Source: Ranitomeya imitator
Taxonomy: Eukaryota
Direction of reading: 5' to 3'
Length of the DNA stretch: 64,000 bases
NCBI RefSeq assembly: GCF_032444005.1
Contig: NC_091288.1
Span: 204,724,001 to 204,788,000, forward strand
A program made the position numbers and the translations under genes. The notes under the pieces were generated by a model that was not told the origin of the DNA, did not search any database, and saw nothing but the letters and a program-made list of their open reading frames with translations. Positions 37,937 to 51,098 of the stretch are shown here, piece by piece (position 1 is the first letter of the stretch; each line of letters opens with the position of its first letter).

Positions 37937-38405
37937 TTAGTCAAACATATATGGCTATGGAGAATTCGGGAGACAGCAGACAGCTCCTTATAGAGCTGAG
38001 GAGCCGTACAGTGGTCTAATAAAAATTAATCTATTTATATCTCTGTTGTGATTTGTATTTCTGACCTTATACCATGCTACAAGCACGATTTTCTTTTTAG
38101 TGGTCTATTAGGAAGTCATGGCATTAGTGCAATTATATGGTTGGATAAGCCCAGGGAATTATTTTATTTCACTCCTGGCTGTGACTAGGCAATTAACTTG
38201 CAAACATTTTTATTTGTTTTAAGCTCTGTCTGGTTCAGTATATCAAATATGTTACTTAGGTTCTATTTAAATAACCAGTCATGATGGATAGTATATAGAA
38301 CACTAAACGAGATACCATTTCCCATGATATTTGTTGTGTGTCATTGATGACATACTATCTCAATCTATTCTTAAAGGGGTTGTTCCATGAACAAAGTTCC
38401 TGTTA

Positions 38406-39406
38406 GGCCGGTCTCACACGTCAGTGGCTCCGGTACGTGAGGTGACAGTTTCCTCACGTACCGGAGACACTGACTCACGTAGACACATTGAAAGCAATGT
38501 GTCACTGCACATGTCAGCGTGTTTTCACGGACCGTGTGTCCGTGTGCAAAACACGGAGACATGTCAGTGTTCGTGGGAGCGCACGGATTACACGGACCCA
38601 TTAAAGTCAATGGGTCCGTGTAAAACACGTACCGCACACGGACGCTCTCCGTGTGCAGTCCGTGTGCCATGCAGGAGGCAGCGCTACTGTAAGCGCTGTC
38701 CCCCCCACGTGGTGCTGAAGCAGCCATTCATATCTTCTCTCCAGCAGCGTTCGCTGGAAAGAAGATATGAAAAATCCTTTTTTTTTGTCCTCGTGTTTAA
38801 AATAAAGATCCCTGTCCCTTACCCCCTCCCACCCTCTGTGCGCCCCCCCCCCCCCCCGCTGTAACTAAAATACTCACCCGCCCCCTCACAGCGTCCTGTC
38901 CTCGCCGCACCTTCTCCTGTATGAGCGGTCACGTGGGGCCGCCGATTACAGTCATGAATATGCGGCTCCACCTCCCACAGGGGTGGAGCCGCATATTCAT
39001 TACTGTAATAAGCAGCACATGACCGCTCATACAGGAGAAGGTGCGGCGAGGACAGGACGCTGCGAGGGAGCGGGTGAGTATTTTAGTTACAGCGGGGGGG
39101 CGCACAGGGGGTGGGAGGGGACAGGGATCTTTATTTTAAACACGAGGACAAAAAAAAAGAAGGATTTTTCATATCTTCTTTCCAGCGAACGCTGCTGGAG
39201 AAAAGATGTGAATGGCCGCTTCAGCACCAGATGCAGGGGACAGCGCTTATCTCTAGCGCTGTCTCCTGCACGCTCCGTGTGGTACCCAGTCGGCACACGG
39301 GCAGCACACGTGTGCCACAAAGATGTACCACGGGAGCACACGGACACGGATAATTCCGGTACCGATTTTTCCGGTACCGGAATTGTCTGGACGTGTGAGA
39401 CTGGCC
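38406..39406. mobile_element. 1.0-kb PIF/Harbinger-type MITE with an internal ~270-bp foldback
   Basis: TTA duplication; TIR GGCCGGTCTCACACGTC / GACGTGTGAGACTGGCC. Arms at ~38700-38960 and ~38990-39240. Confidence 0.88.
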
Positions 39407-39710
39407 TTAGTTATTTTTTTGACATCCAAAAGTGAAAGTTATTATTATTCCAAGTTCTATTAATTAAGGTGCACTTTGTAAGAAAATGCCTTTAAATCCA
39501 TATTGTAGATGCACAACCCATATTATCACACATAGCACTATCACATTGTCAATCATATATAAACTGTATTTTAGGTTAATGAGGGAATCTATGGCAAAAC
39601 AAACTAAAAGAACACATGACAAAAAACCTATAGCCAAGACCTGTCCGGTTCAGTGAGTGAGGAGAATGTGACTTATTTATTTAGTGGTAACTCCTCATTG
39701 GGGTGATTAC

Positions 39711-39771
39711 CTGTAGGAGCTTCCTCTTTGCACCTCTCATCTCCCCACACAATTTTTTCATCTTTCTCCAT
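39711..39771 (-). CDS. ZNF gene A, upstream coding exon (MEKDEKIVWGDERCKEEAPT); predicted protein 544 aa
   Basis: Exon 39711-39816 with a CATAG acceptor and CAG|GTAATC donor in phase 1, compatible with the finger exon. An in-frame TGA at 39811-39813 lies upstream of the ATG. Confidence 0.65.
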
Positions 39772-39959
39772 TATGGCTTCAGGATTATTCTTCAGGTTTT
39801 TGAATGAATTTCAAAACTATGAAAATAATAATTTAACAGTCACAGACAGAAGGTAAACTAACATGGAATGTTCTAGATGGACGCTTTTACTACAAGCTCG
39901 TGTGACACCTGCGCCACTAACCTCCACCACCTCCTATATCACCAGTATCAAATCACTGA

Positions 39960-40075
39960 CAAACAGGTTTTGCTAAAAAATATCCCTGTATTTCGCACCT
40001 TCCATCTTCCGCTTAACTTGGATCATTTTCCAAGTCCCTGCTGCCGAAAAACATCCCCACATAATTATGCAGACA
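39960..40075 (-). mobile_element. Tc1 transposase fragment
   Basis: IMWGCFSAAGTWKMIQVKRKMEGAKYRDIF. Confidence 0.8.
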
Positions 40076-40500
40076 ATCCAATAAACCATTATATTTTTTT
40101 TTATAAGAACAATTGTGATATTATCCTTTGAGTATCGCATCTGGTAAGAAGTCCTGAATAAATAAATGTACAAGGAACATATATATTTAACAGTTGTATT
40201 TTTGGGGTACAGGCTAATTTTTTTTTTTAGTGGAGTCAGAAGCAATTTCACAATTTGTTTTCTTTTTTTACGGTGCTCACTTGTGATATAAATGTGATGT
40301 TAGAGGAATTATCTGGCGCTTTTTTATATTTACATGCATTTTAGTATGGTCTCCAGATATTCCGCTCTTATACGTCAGGTCATTGTCACGATCACCCTCC
40401 TTGAAGTTGGTGCGACGTGAGGATGTGACAGGGGGTGACCACGACCAGAACGCACATTGTGTCTAATAGGATTACAACACTAATGTATAATTCAATCTAA

Positions 40501-41741
40501 AGGTACCGTCACACTAAGCGACGCTGCAGCGATACCGACAACGATCTGGATCGCTGCAGCGTCGCTGTTTGGTCGCTGGAGAGCTGTCACACATACAGCT
40601 CTCCAGCGACCAACAATCCCGAGGTCCCCGGTAACCAGGGTAAACATCGAGTTACTAAGCGCAGGGCCGCGCTTAGTAACCCGATGTTTACCCTGGTTAC
40701 CATCGTTAAAGTAAAAAAAAAACACCACTACATACTTACCTACCGCTGTCTGTCCCTGGCGCTGGGCTTCTCTGCTCTGGCTGTGAGCGCCGGGCAGCCG
40801 GAAAGCAGAGCGGTGACGTCACCGCTCTGCTTTCCGGCCGCTGTGCTCACAGCCAGTGCAGGAGGAGTGCAGAGAAGCAGAGCGCCGGGGACAGACAGCG
40901 GTAGGTAAGTATGTAGTGGTTGTTTTTTTTTACTTTAATGATGGTAACCAAGGTAAACATCGGGTTACTAAGCGCGGCCCTGCGCTTAGTAACCCGATGT
41001 TTACCCTGGTTACCAGCGAAGACCGCTGAATCGGCGTCACACACGGAATGGAACTAGATGGAGTACAAAGGAGGGCAACAAAATTAATAAAGGGGATGGG
41101 AGAACTACAATACCCAGATAGATTAGCGAAATTAGGATTATTTAGTCTAGAACAAAGACGACTGAGGGGCGATCTAATAACCATGTATAAGTATATAAGG
41201 GGACAATACAAATATCTCGCTGAGGATCTGTTTATACCAAGGAAGGTGACGGGCACAAGGGGGCATTCTTTGCGTCTGGAGGAGAGAAGGTTTTTCCACC
41301 AACATAGAAGAGGATTCTTTACTGTTAGGGCAGTGAGAATCTGGAATTGCTTGCCTGAGGAGGTGGTGATGGCGAACTCAGTCGAGGGGTTCAAGAGAGG
41401 CCTGGATGTCTTCCTGGAGCAGAACAATATTGTATCATACAATTAGGTTCTGTAGAAGGACGTAGATCTGGGGATTTATTATGATGGAATATAGGCTGAA
41501 CTGGATGGACAAATGTCTTTTTTCGGCCTTACTAACTATGTTACTATGTTACTATATTACTATGATTCAGCGATGTCAGCGGGAGATCCAGCGATGAAAC
41601 AAAGTTCTGGACTTTCTTCCCCGACCAACGACAGCACAGCAGGGGCCTGATCGCTGCTGCCTGTCACACTGGACGATATCGCTAGCCAGGACGCTGCAAC
41701 GTCACGGATCGCTAGCGATATCGTCTAGTGTGACGGTACCT
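40501..41741. mobile_element. MITE with 3-bp TAA target duplication (PIF/Harbinger-type), absent from the paralogous site
   Basis: TAA|AGGTACCGTCACAC...GTGTGACGGTACCT|TAA. Empty site TCTAACAACC at 55247-55256. Confidence 0.92.
41048..41565 (+). mobile_element. 5'-truncated CR1 LINE nested in the MITE
   Basis: Uninterrupted ORF2 C-terminus (VQRRATKLIKG...LFSLEQRRLRGDLI...TRGHSLRL...FFTVRAVRIWNCLP), CR1 3' UTR and an (ACTATGTT)n tail. Confidence 0.92.
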
Positions 41742-42378
41742 TAACAACCACCGAGCCTTCAGTGACCCCATCACTTCTCCACACAACAAGGCATAGCACA
41801 TGGATTTGTTTCGGAACAGAAGACAGAATTTATTACATGGAGTCTAATCAGTCCCAATGCTTAATAAATACCAAAAGTAGATGACAAATGACATTCAGTA
41901 AAAAGTTACAAACAAACCAGAAACCTAACACTCACATTTTGTGTATAGTGTCCAGAGTAAATCTCTATTCATCCCTTATCTACAAATGGATATTAATTAG
42001 TCCTGGCCTTTATTATAAAAGGGACATTGGCCAGAGATCCACTAACAATGTTATATTATTACATCCCTGCCTCCAGTATTGCGATCGGGACTCTAGTGGG
42101 CGACAAATGTATAAAACGTAATAACTACTCATATACAGCAGTGTCCCAATATATGGTCAGAATTTGGGTGTATGTTAATTATTTCTACATTTAAAATCTT
42201 ATAAACCTAAATAAATGTTAATTTTTATTCGCGTCACTTTTAACTCTTTACTAATCTAATTCTGCTTTGCTTGAAAACTGCTGTTGACATAATTCTGCGT
42301 CGTGCGGTAAAAAAAAAATCAGTAATGTAATAGATGTGATATCACAGAGCACAATCCCACCGACATTCCGAGATTTAC

Positions 42379-42465
42379 CTCATGTCGTTCCTTACTTTCT
42401 TCTCCCTCTTTCCTTCTTCCTGGTTGACTCTGGCTCCGCCCCTCCCTGTACTGTAGCCCCGCCCC
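42379..42465 (-). promoter_or_regulatory. Candidate promoter and non-coding exon 1 of ZNF gene A
   Basis: Two GC boxes (GGGGCGGGG, GGGGCGGAG on the minus strand) directly upstream of a short exon ending at GAG|GTAAAT (42378). Confidence 0.5.
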
Positions 42466-42926
42466 TACCATGTGACCCCACAGGCTGAGCTGTGAGGCTG
42501 TAGAGGGGAGGGAGCAGCTGTGAGGCGTCCTGTCTCCTCTGCTGACTGCAGGCTGTGGTGACTCCTGCTACACTGCACCAAATACTCAGCAGTGAAGGAC
42601 ACTCACTTCAGGAGACTCTCCGATCTCTTCCCGGATTTCAGCTCCATGAAGGACGAAGAGAAAACATATATCCTGCTGGGAGAAGAAGAGAGCGCAGCTG
42701 CTACTCTGTAATCCTAAACTTCATCCTTTCCTATCCTGCTGCAGACACCCTGAATAGGAGGAGAGGAGACATCACATACATGTGACCAGACCCACATTTA
42801 TTGCATATGTAACATGACCTTGCATTATACTAGGTTTGCATGGCAAATTTCAGTAACTGCTCCCTCCAGTGTTTAAAATTAGAAATACCAAACATTTTGA
42901 AATTATTTTGTATTTTACTCAATCAA

Positions 42927-43525
42927 CCCCTTTACCCCCCAAGGGTGATTTGCACGTTAATGACCGGGCCAATTTTTACAATTCTTACCACTGTCCCTTT
43001 ATGAGGTTATAACTCTGGAACACTTCCAACAGATCTTATATTGTTTTCTCGTGACATATTGTACTTCATTTAAGTGGTAAAATTTCCTCAACATTACTTG
43101 AGTTTGTGAAACAAAAAAATGGAAATTTGGCAAAAAATGTTGCAAATTTCGCAATTTTCCAACTTTGAATTTTCATGCCCATAAATCACAGAGATATGCC
43201 AGGCAAAATACTTAAAATACTTAATAAATAACATATCCCACATGTTTTCTGTACATCAGCACAATTTTGGAACCCACATTTTTTTTGTTAGGAAGTTATA
43301 AGGGTTAAAAGTTGACCAGCAATTTCTCATTTTTACAACACCATTTTTTTTAAAGGGACCGCATCACATTTGAAGTCACTTTGAGTGGTCTATATGATAG
43401 GAAATGCCCAAAAGTGACACCATTCTAAAAACTGCACCTCTCAAAGGTGCTCAAAACCACATTCAAGAAGTTTATTAACCCTTCAGGTGCTTCACAGGAA
43501 TTTTTGGAATGTTTAAAAAAAATGA
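42927..43525 (+). mobile_element. Left part of a non-autonomous piggyBac-like element, truncated by L2
   Basis: Terminus (T)CAA|CCCCTTTACCCCCC, homologous to the TTAA|CCCCTT start at 56434. Confidence 0.6.
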
Positions 43526-43529
43526 AGGA

Positions 43530-46150
43530 GGACTATTGTTTGTTAGATTTGGCTGTAAGTCGTTAGTAATTTTGATCAGGGCAGCCTCAGTGAAGTGCAG
43601 TAGGTTGTCAAAGAGTGAGTTAGATGGGAGGGAAGCTCAGCATTGACATGCTGTTTGAGTAGATTGGAAGCGAACGGGTGCAGCAATATGGGGCAATATC
43701 TAGATGTTGAGGTCGGGTTGAGGGATGGCTTCTTTAGGATAGGTATCATGCTTGGAAGCAGAAGGGAAGGTACTAGAAGTTAGCTATAGGTTGAAGAGGT
43801 GGGTTCAGACTGTAATAATAATAATCTTTATTTATATAGCGCCAACATATTCCGCAGCGCTTTACAGTTTAACAGTATCAAACACAACAGACATAAGTAA
43901 CAACGTTAACAATACAATAATTAAAGCGAAATAAAACGACCCTGCTCGTGAGAGCTTACAATCTACAATGAGGTGGGGGAGATACAAAGCACAGGTGTGT
44001 ATTTACAATGATGTATTTACAATGATGGTCCAGCCATCTTCAGGGGGTGGGGATAAATGGAGATAATGAATTGGCTACACACACACAAACATAAAATGAG
44101 TTTGATTAGTGACCGTGGTAGGCCGCTCTGAACAAATGTGTTTTGAGTGAGCGCCTAAAACTATGCAAATTGTGGATGGTCCTAATATCTTGGGGTAGAG
44201 CATTCCAGAGGATTGGCGCAGCACAGGAGAAGTCTTGGAGTCAGGAGTGGGAGGTACGGATTAGCAGAGGTTAGTCGAAAGTCATTTGCAGAGCGCAGCG
44301 GTCGGTTAGGCCGATAGACAGAAATGAGGGAGGAGATGTAAGGGGGTGCCGCACTATGGAGAGCTTTGTGGGTGAGAACAAGTACTTTGAATTGTATCCT
44401 GTAATGAATGGGCAGCCAGTGTAATGACTGGCGAAGAGCGGACGCGTCCAAGTAACGACTAGCCAGATGGACAACCCTGGCTGCTGCATTAAGGATGGAC
44501 TGGAGAGGGAAAGTCGAGTGAGGGGGAGGCCAATTAATAGAGCATTACAGTAGTCCAGGCGGGAGTGGACAGTGAGGGTTTTTGTTGTTTCCATGGTGAG
44601 AAAAGGGCGGATTCTAGAGATGTTCTTTAGGTGTAAGTGGCACGAGCGGGCAAGAGATTGTATATGGGATGTGAAGGAGAGATCGGAGTCAAACATAACA
44701 CCCAGACAGCGTGCCTGCTGCCAGGGTGTTATTATGGTGCCACCCACGGAGAGGGAAATGTCAGATTTAGGGAGGTTAGTAGATGGCGGGAGCAGAAGTT
44801 CAGTTTTGGAGAGGTTGAGTTTCAGATAGAGAGCGGACATGATGTTGGAGACTGCAGACAGACAGTCAGTGGCGTTCTGTTGTACAGCTGGTCAGGGGAT
44901 GACGTGTATAGTTGTGTGTCATCAGCATAAAGATGATACTGAAAGCCAAATCTGCTGATGGTCTGTCCAATTGGGGCTGTGTAGAGGGACAAGAGAAGTG
45001 GGCCAAGGACTGAGCCCTGAGGTACCCCGACAGTGAGAGGAAGAGGAGAGGAAGTGGAGCCAGAGAACAGAACACTGAAGGAGCGGTCAGAAAGGTAGGA
45101 AAAGAACCAGGAGAGAGCAGTGTCCCTAATGCCTAGTGACTGGAGCCTAGAGAGTAGGAGAGAGTGGTCAACAGTGTCGGAAGCTGCAGAAAGGTCGAGA
45201 AGAATAAGCAGAGTGGTCACCAATACGTTTTGCTATCAGAAGGTCATTGGTCACTTTGATGAGTGCAGTTTCAGTCGAATGTAGGGGGCGGAAACCGAAC
45301 TGTGAAGGGTCTAGGAGGGAGTGAGTGGAGAGGTAACGGGTAAGGTGGGAGTAGGGAGTTTGAGGAAGAGGTGGGATGGGGTCAAGTACTCAAGTGGTGA
45401 GGTGCGATTTGGAGATGAGCTCTTCAGCGATAGTGAAGAGGAAGGTTATGGGGAAGGGCCGGTGGTCTATTATACATAGGGGTTGTGGTGGATGGGCAGT
45501 AAACACTTGCTTCGTTTGGTCGATTTTATTTTTGAAATGTGCGGCAAAGTCTTCTGTAAAGATGTTTGTGGCCAGAAGGGCCAGTGGTGGGAGTTAAAAG
45601 TGTTAAATAACTGTTTGGGGTTGTGGGATAAAGATACGAGAGTTGTGAAGTAGAGTTGTTTAGTAGAGGTGAGGGCCGATTTGAATGTGAAAGTTGCTGT
45701 TTTGAAAGCACTAAAGTCTTCTTGCAAATGTGTGTTCTTCCAGCGCTGCTCTGCAACCTATATCTTTTTACTGAGGCTTTTGTGCCAGGATTGTTTATTG
45801 ATTTTGTCTCTCTCTGCCATGTATGAGAGGGACGACCAAGGACATGGGGTCAGGTGAGAAGGACAGGGATGAGAAAACAAGTGGATGGTGGTCAGAGGGA
45901 GAAGTGAGGTAGTGAAGCTAGATAGGGAGTAGAGGAAGGTGAAGATAAGGTGTATGGTATGTCCATCTGTGTGTGTATCTAATCTTCTGTGTGATACCAT
46001 CTTCTTTTTCATTGTATCTAGTGTGATGCACTGACCCCTGTTGCAGCTAGGGGGCGCTGTGTGTGCTCCTCAAGATGCGCATGGAGGCGTATCTGTGGTT
46101 ATAATGATGGTGAAACAGTCAGTGGCAGAGTTGTAAATGGCCAATATGTG
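43530..46150 (-). mobile_element. L2-clade LINE remnants (a younger copy ~43813-45720 within older fragments)
   Basis: RT motifs [23 protein letters not shown] and [11 protein letters not shown]; C-terminus HWLPIHYRIQFKVLVLTHKALH. The 3' end has a (TTA)n tail at 43813. Frameshifted. Confidence 0.9.
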
Positions 46151-47109
46151 TCGCAGAGGGAGTCTGAGCTGTAAGTCTGAAGTAATGTTGTTGTTCCGGG
46201 ACCTGTAGTCCCACAAGTGTTTGTATAATAGTCAAGGGAGACTTACATGGCTAGTTATGACAGTTGGGTGGGTCGAACTAGCCACACACACAGCACCCAA
46301 CTATGGGAGTGGTTACAACTACATGTGATCAGGGTGTGGGTCACATGATCTGTAGTGGTCTCTGCAATGGAGTCTGTAGTGGTTCCTGTGTATGGACCTG
46401 AATGTTCTCTGTAATGGAGTGTGAGATCCTAGACGGCTTGTGTGTTGGGAGGTCCTGTGTGTGGACTGGATCCCTGAACAGCGCACTGTGAGGCCGTGGA
46501 TCTGAAGACTGGTGTGTTGGGAGATCCTGGAAGTAGGATCGGATCCCTGAACAGTGCACTTAGAGACTTGTGAGTTGGACAGTCCCAGATGGGGACGGAC
46601 GTCCTGAATAGCATACTGAATTGCCTGTGTTGGAAGTCCTGGGAGTAGGACTTCCTGAAGAGCACATTGGAAGGAGTAGATGCAGAGTCTGCAATGGCAC
46701 TGCACTGGGGGAGCTACAGCCCTTCTGAGGATCTGGACTGACTGGTGTGTGCATGCCAGACAAGTTGGTGATCCCAGTCCGGCAGTTTCCCTGGAGGAGA
46801 GAGGACTGACAGGAGGTCAGCGAGTGGAGCAGGAGCTCCAGAAAGGTAACACCCGGGAAGGGGGCTACCATAACAACAGAGACGTATCTGCCAGTGGAAC
46901 AGACTGTTGGTGCTTGTTGTGTTCCACGGACATTGATGAACAGTTTGGCGTATGGTCACCCATGGTAACTGGACGAAGTGAGAAGTCCAGCAAGTTTAGT
47001 GTCTGTGAGTTGAAGCCGAATATGAAGTGTATCTCACACTAGTCACATGTGCTATTGGGTTCTAAACTAATGTATCTAATTTTGACATGTAAGATACAAT
47101 CTGCTGAAT

Positions 47110-47112
47110 CGC

Positions 47113-47146
<34 letters not shown>

Positions 47147-47150
47147 TATA
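47110..47150. repeat. (TA)n microsatellite
   Basis: Interrupted TA run. Confidence 0.9.
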
Positions 47151-48057
47151 TTTATATTGCAGGCACCAGTGATGCCTTATGCTGAGCTGTGTATCCTCTC
47201 AAGTGTGATACTGTCTGCTGAGCTGCACATTTAATCTTATCACTAGTGATATTGTCTGCTGAGCCACTATATCTAATCTGGGCATATGTGACATCATCTG
47301 CTGTACTGAATAAACCTTTCCCAACATATGACATGCTGGTACATCATATGCCGTCTGCATGACTTTGATGCAGGTTCAGTAGCTGATGTGTTGCTGGTAG
47401 TGGCATTGTTATTCAGCCATCATCTGCCTCTAACAGCCGTGAGTGGAGTGGCGTTCTGCCCATGGCTGTTGACCTGTTGAATTCTGATGACATTCTAACC
47501 AGCCATCGACCAAACTGCTACACAATCACGGGGCACCGATTGTTTACCATGATAATCAGGGGTCTGCTGACGACCCCGTATGGTACTCCTAAGAAAGAGA
47601 CAACATGGCTGGCGTTCATAGGTGACCATGATTTTTCCTATACACAGCAATCCCATAATACATGAGATTGGCTGATAGCCGGTTCATTACCCTAAGAGGA
47701 AAACAAAATACAATAAAATTTTTAAAAAATTATTTTAAAAATATTATCAAAATAAAAGATACATTTCAAATCCCCACTCTTTTCTTCCATTAAAAATAGA
47801 AAACAAAAAAAAAATTACTCTGACATCTCCACATCCATAAAAGTCTGATCTACCAAAATATAAAATTGATCAACTCCATCTGTAAATGTCATAATGAGAA
47901 AAGAATCAAAACACCAGAATTTTGTTGTTTTTTGTTTTGTCTCTCTCAACACCACAAACAAATACATTAAGCAAAGAAAACATTACACTTACCCCAAACT
48001 GATAATGAAAACATCAGTTCCGAATGCAGAAAAACAAGCCTTCACATAGCTCCATTA

Positions 48058-48254
48058 GGGTATGTGCACACGTCGGGATTTTCTAGCAGACATTTCCTGA
48101 CAAAAACCGGACATTTCTGCCAGAAATCCGCATGCGGAAAAAAACGCATCATGTGCACAAAAATTGCAGAATGCATTCTAAATGATAGGATGCATGTGTA
48201 GGCGTTTTCTAATGCGTTTTTATCGCAAAAAAACCTGAAAGTGTGCACATACCC
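48058..48254. mobile_element. PIF/Harbinger-type MITE
   Basis: TTA|GGGTATGTGCACACG...GTGTGCACATACCC|TCA; same terminus family as 29426-29733. Confidence 0.8.
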
Positions 48255-48377
48255 TCAATCTGAAAAAGTTGCGCGTCTCAGAAAATGTCAACATAAGCCC
48301 TACTGCTCCCCTAACAAAGTAGGTTGCTACTATCACAATAAAGTGACACATCAGATTTGAAAAATTGGGCTTAATTA

Positions 48378-49777
48378 CTAAGAGGTTAAAATGGCTTTTT
48401 TTCCAGTGTGACTTCTCTGATGTCTAACAAGATTTGATTTTGTAGTAAAACATGTCTCACATTCTGAACATGAGAAGGGCTTCTCTCCTCTGTGAATTCT
48501 CTCATGTGTAACAAGATTAGATTTATTAGTAAAACATTTCCCACATTCTGAACATGAGAATGGCTTCTCTCCTGTGTGAATTCCCTCATGTCTAATAAGA
48601 TGAAGTTTACTAGTAAAACATTTCCCACATTCTGAACATAAAAATGGCTTCTCTCCTGTGTGAAATTTCTTATGTGCAACAAGATGAGATTTATTAGTAA
48701 AACATTTCCCACATTCTGAACATGAGAATTGCTTCTCTCCTGTGTGAGTTCCCTCATGTCTAATAAGATAACGTTTACTAGTAAAACATTTCCCACATTC
48801 TGAACATAAAAATGGCTTCTCTTCAGCATGACATTTCTCATGTTCAGCAATATACGATTTCCGAGCAAAGCATTTCCCACATTGTGAGCAAGAAAATGGC
48901 TTTTCTCCTGTGTGAATTCTCTGATGTGTAACAAGTCTTGCTTTTTCTGTAAAACATTTTCCACATTCTGAACATGAAAATGGCTTCTCTCCTGTGTGAA
49001 TTCTCTTATGTATAATAAGATGAGATACCTTAGTAAAACATTTTCCACATTCAAAACATGAATATGGCTTCTCTCCTGTGTGTATTCTTTCATGTGTAAT
49101 AAGATGAGCTTTCTTATAAAAACGTTTTTCACATACTGAACATGAAAATTCCTTCTGTCCTGTATGATATCTCTGATGTGTAACAAGAATTCCTTTATTT
49201 GTAAAACATTTTCCACATTCTGAACAAGAAAATGGCTTCACTCCTGTGTGAATTCTCTCATGTATAATAAGATGAGATTTTGTGGTATAACATTTCCCAC
49301 ATTCTGTGCATGAATATGGCTTATCTCCTGTGTGATTTCTCTGATGTATAACAAGAGTTGATTTTTCTCTAAAACCTTTCCCACATTCTGAACATGAAAA
49401 TGGCTTCTCTCCTGTGTGATATCTCTCGTGTACAATAAGACTTGATTTCCGAATAAAACATTTCCCACATTCTAAGCAAGAAAATTGTTCCACTCTTGTG
49501 TGAGTTCTCCAATGTTTAGCAAATTTTGATTTATCTGTGAAACATTTCTCACATTCTGAGCATGAAATTGGCTTCACTTCTACGGACGCACTTTTATTTT
49601 CCTCCCTTTTATTTTGCTTATCAGTCTGTAATGAATTAGATCGTTCTTTGCTATGAAGGGCTGAGGGTGTATCTGTGATGTTGCCATGCTCTTCATATGT
49701 TTCTTGTTTCAAGCTATCATCTTCTACTTTAAAATACGAAGATATCAGATGTCCTTCGGGGTTGCTGATGTACTCAT
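48378..49777 (-). CDS. C2H2 zinc-finger gene B (XlCGF/XlCOF-like), finger-array exon: 14 fingers
   Basis: Open frame of TGEKPF-linked C2H2 fingers. TTGGCAG acceptor at 49778, phase 1; TAG stop at 48378-48380. Confidence 0.93.
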
Positions 49778-50593
49778 CTGCCAAGAATAAAGGTGAATGG
49801 ATTTTTGAACAAAATAGACTAAAAAATGTATTCATCTACATAAGAAAATTACAAATTTGAAAAAATGTAAAAAATTTCATACATGATTTAAATACTATTT
49901 ACCTGCATATTACTTCTATATCTTTATGAAGGCAGATAATGGCCTGTAACAAGCACGGATGGATCATGTGGGAGCATTTTTCTTGTCTCTATCCTGTGGA
50001 GGGTCAGCTCACTTAGCTGCTCCACGAGGTAGACAGAGGACCACGTTTGATTAAAGTCTGGGTGGTTTATTACTTCATAAACCGAAACCCCAAACTGGTA
50101 AGAGAAAAAAACAGTCTTTCTGGCTCAAAAGAAAGTTATCAGTTCATACACAGTCCTACCCAGTGCCTCTGGGACAACACATGTAGCAGTTCTCGCAGGA
50201 GCTAGCCGTCTGGAGGCTTCCTTCCTCCACACACAGACAGCGGAAAAAAAAAACTAGCTAGACATTTAACTCCCTCCAGCTACACCATGGAGGTTGAGAT
50301 ATGGTGGGTAGGGGTCCCGCCCCCTTTGTGACACATTTCCCCTCATGTGCAGGACCAGTAACCCTGTCACGATCCATAGAGAACAGATAAACGCTTGGTC
50401 AGACGTTCATCTCTACAGAGGATTCGAGAGAGACATCGGACAGCAGACTCAGGTATAACTGTATGTCTATACTAGCATCAGGAAACATATATATCTTGGT
50501 ACCGTGTTAGCCAGTGGATAGAAAAATATTTAGAATTGAGAGTCCTCAGTAGTTGATACCTTTTAATGGCTAACTGAAAAGATGGTAACAATT

Positions 50594-50632
50594 TGCAAGC
50601 TTTCGAGACTACTCAGGTCTCTTCATCAGGCA
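50594..50632 (-). ncRNA. Minimal hammerhead ribozyme motif with an intact CUGAUGA/GAAA core
   Basis: TGC-CTGATGA-A-GAGAC CTGAGTA GTCTC-GAA AGCT T-GCA: 3-bp stem I, 5-bp stem II and palindromic AGCT in place of stem III. Confidence 0.7.
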
Positions 50633-51059
50633 TAGACTAATAGAAATTCTGAAGAATTACATATTTATGCACAACACAGCAGAGAAAAATGCTATAGATA
50701 AGACAGGTGACATTAAGCAGAATTGCCATTATGTGAGTGATAAACAGTTATGTCCATAAATATTGGAACAGTTTATAGACAAGGAGTGTGAACATTTTAT
50801 TGTCCTCTGATTGGGGTCTGGTTCTATGTTATGGCGACTCCACATAGTCTAAGGAGCAAATTCCTTAGTTGATGTAAAAAGACATAAATCCATGTGACAC
50901 ATTCACTCCTTATCTATGAACTGTTCCAATATTTATGGACATAACTGTTTATCACTCAGATAATGGTAATTCTGCTTAACATCACCTGTCTTATCTAAGG
51001 CATTTTTCTGTGCTGTGTTGTGCATAAATAGGTGATTCTTCAGAATTTTTATTAGTCTA

Positions 51060-51098
51060 TGCCTCATGAAGAGACTTCAGTAGTCTCGAAATCTTGCA
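51060..51098 (+). ncRNA. Degenerate mirror copy of the hammerhead motif
   Basis: TGC-CTCATGA-A-GAGAC TTCAGTA GTCTC-GAAATCTT-GCA: core G5 changed to C and the palindrome broken. Confidence 0.55.

Larger units (their letters stand above)
40106..43526. repeat. Segmental duplicate, copy A (5' region of ZNF gene A)
   Basis: Near-identical to 54870-57314 apart from one insertion in each copy. ORF-track peptides at 41888/55395 and 42555/56062 each differ by a single residue. Confidence 0.95.

Noticed and set aside
46330-47040. Several 70-130-aa ORFs with imperfect ~60-70-bp repeats
   Set aside because: They could not be assigned. They may be the 5' region of the L2 element, but the evidence is insufficient.
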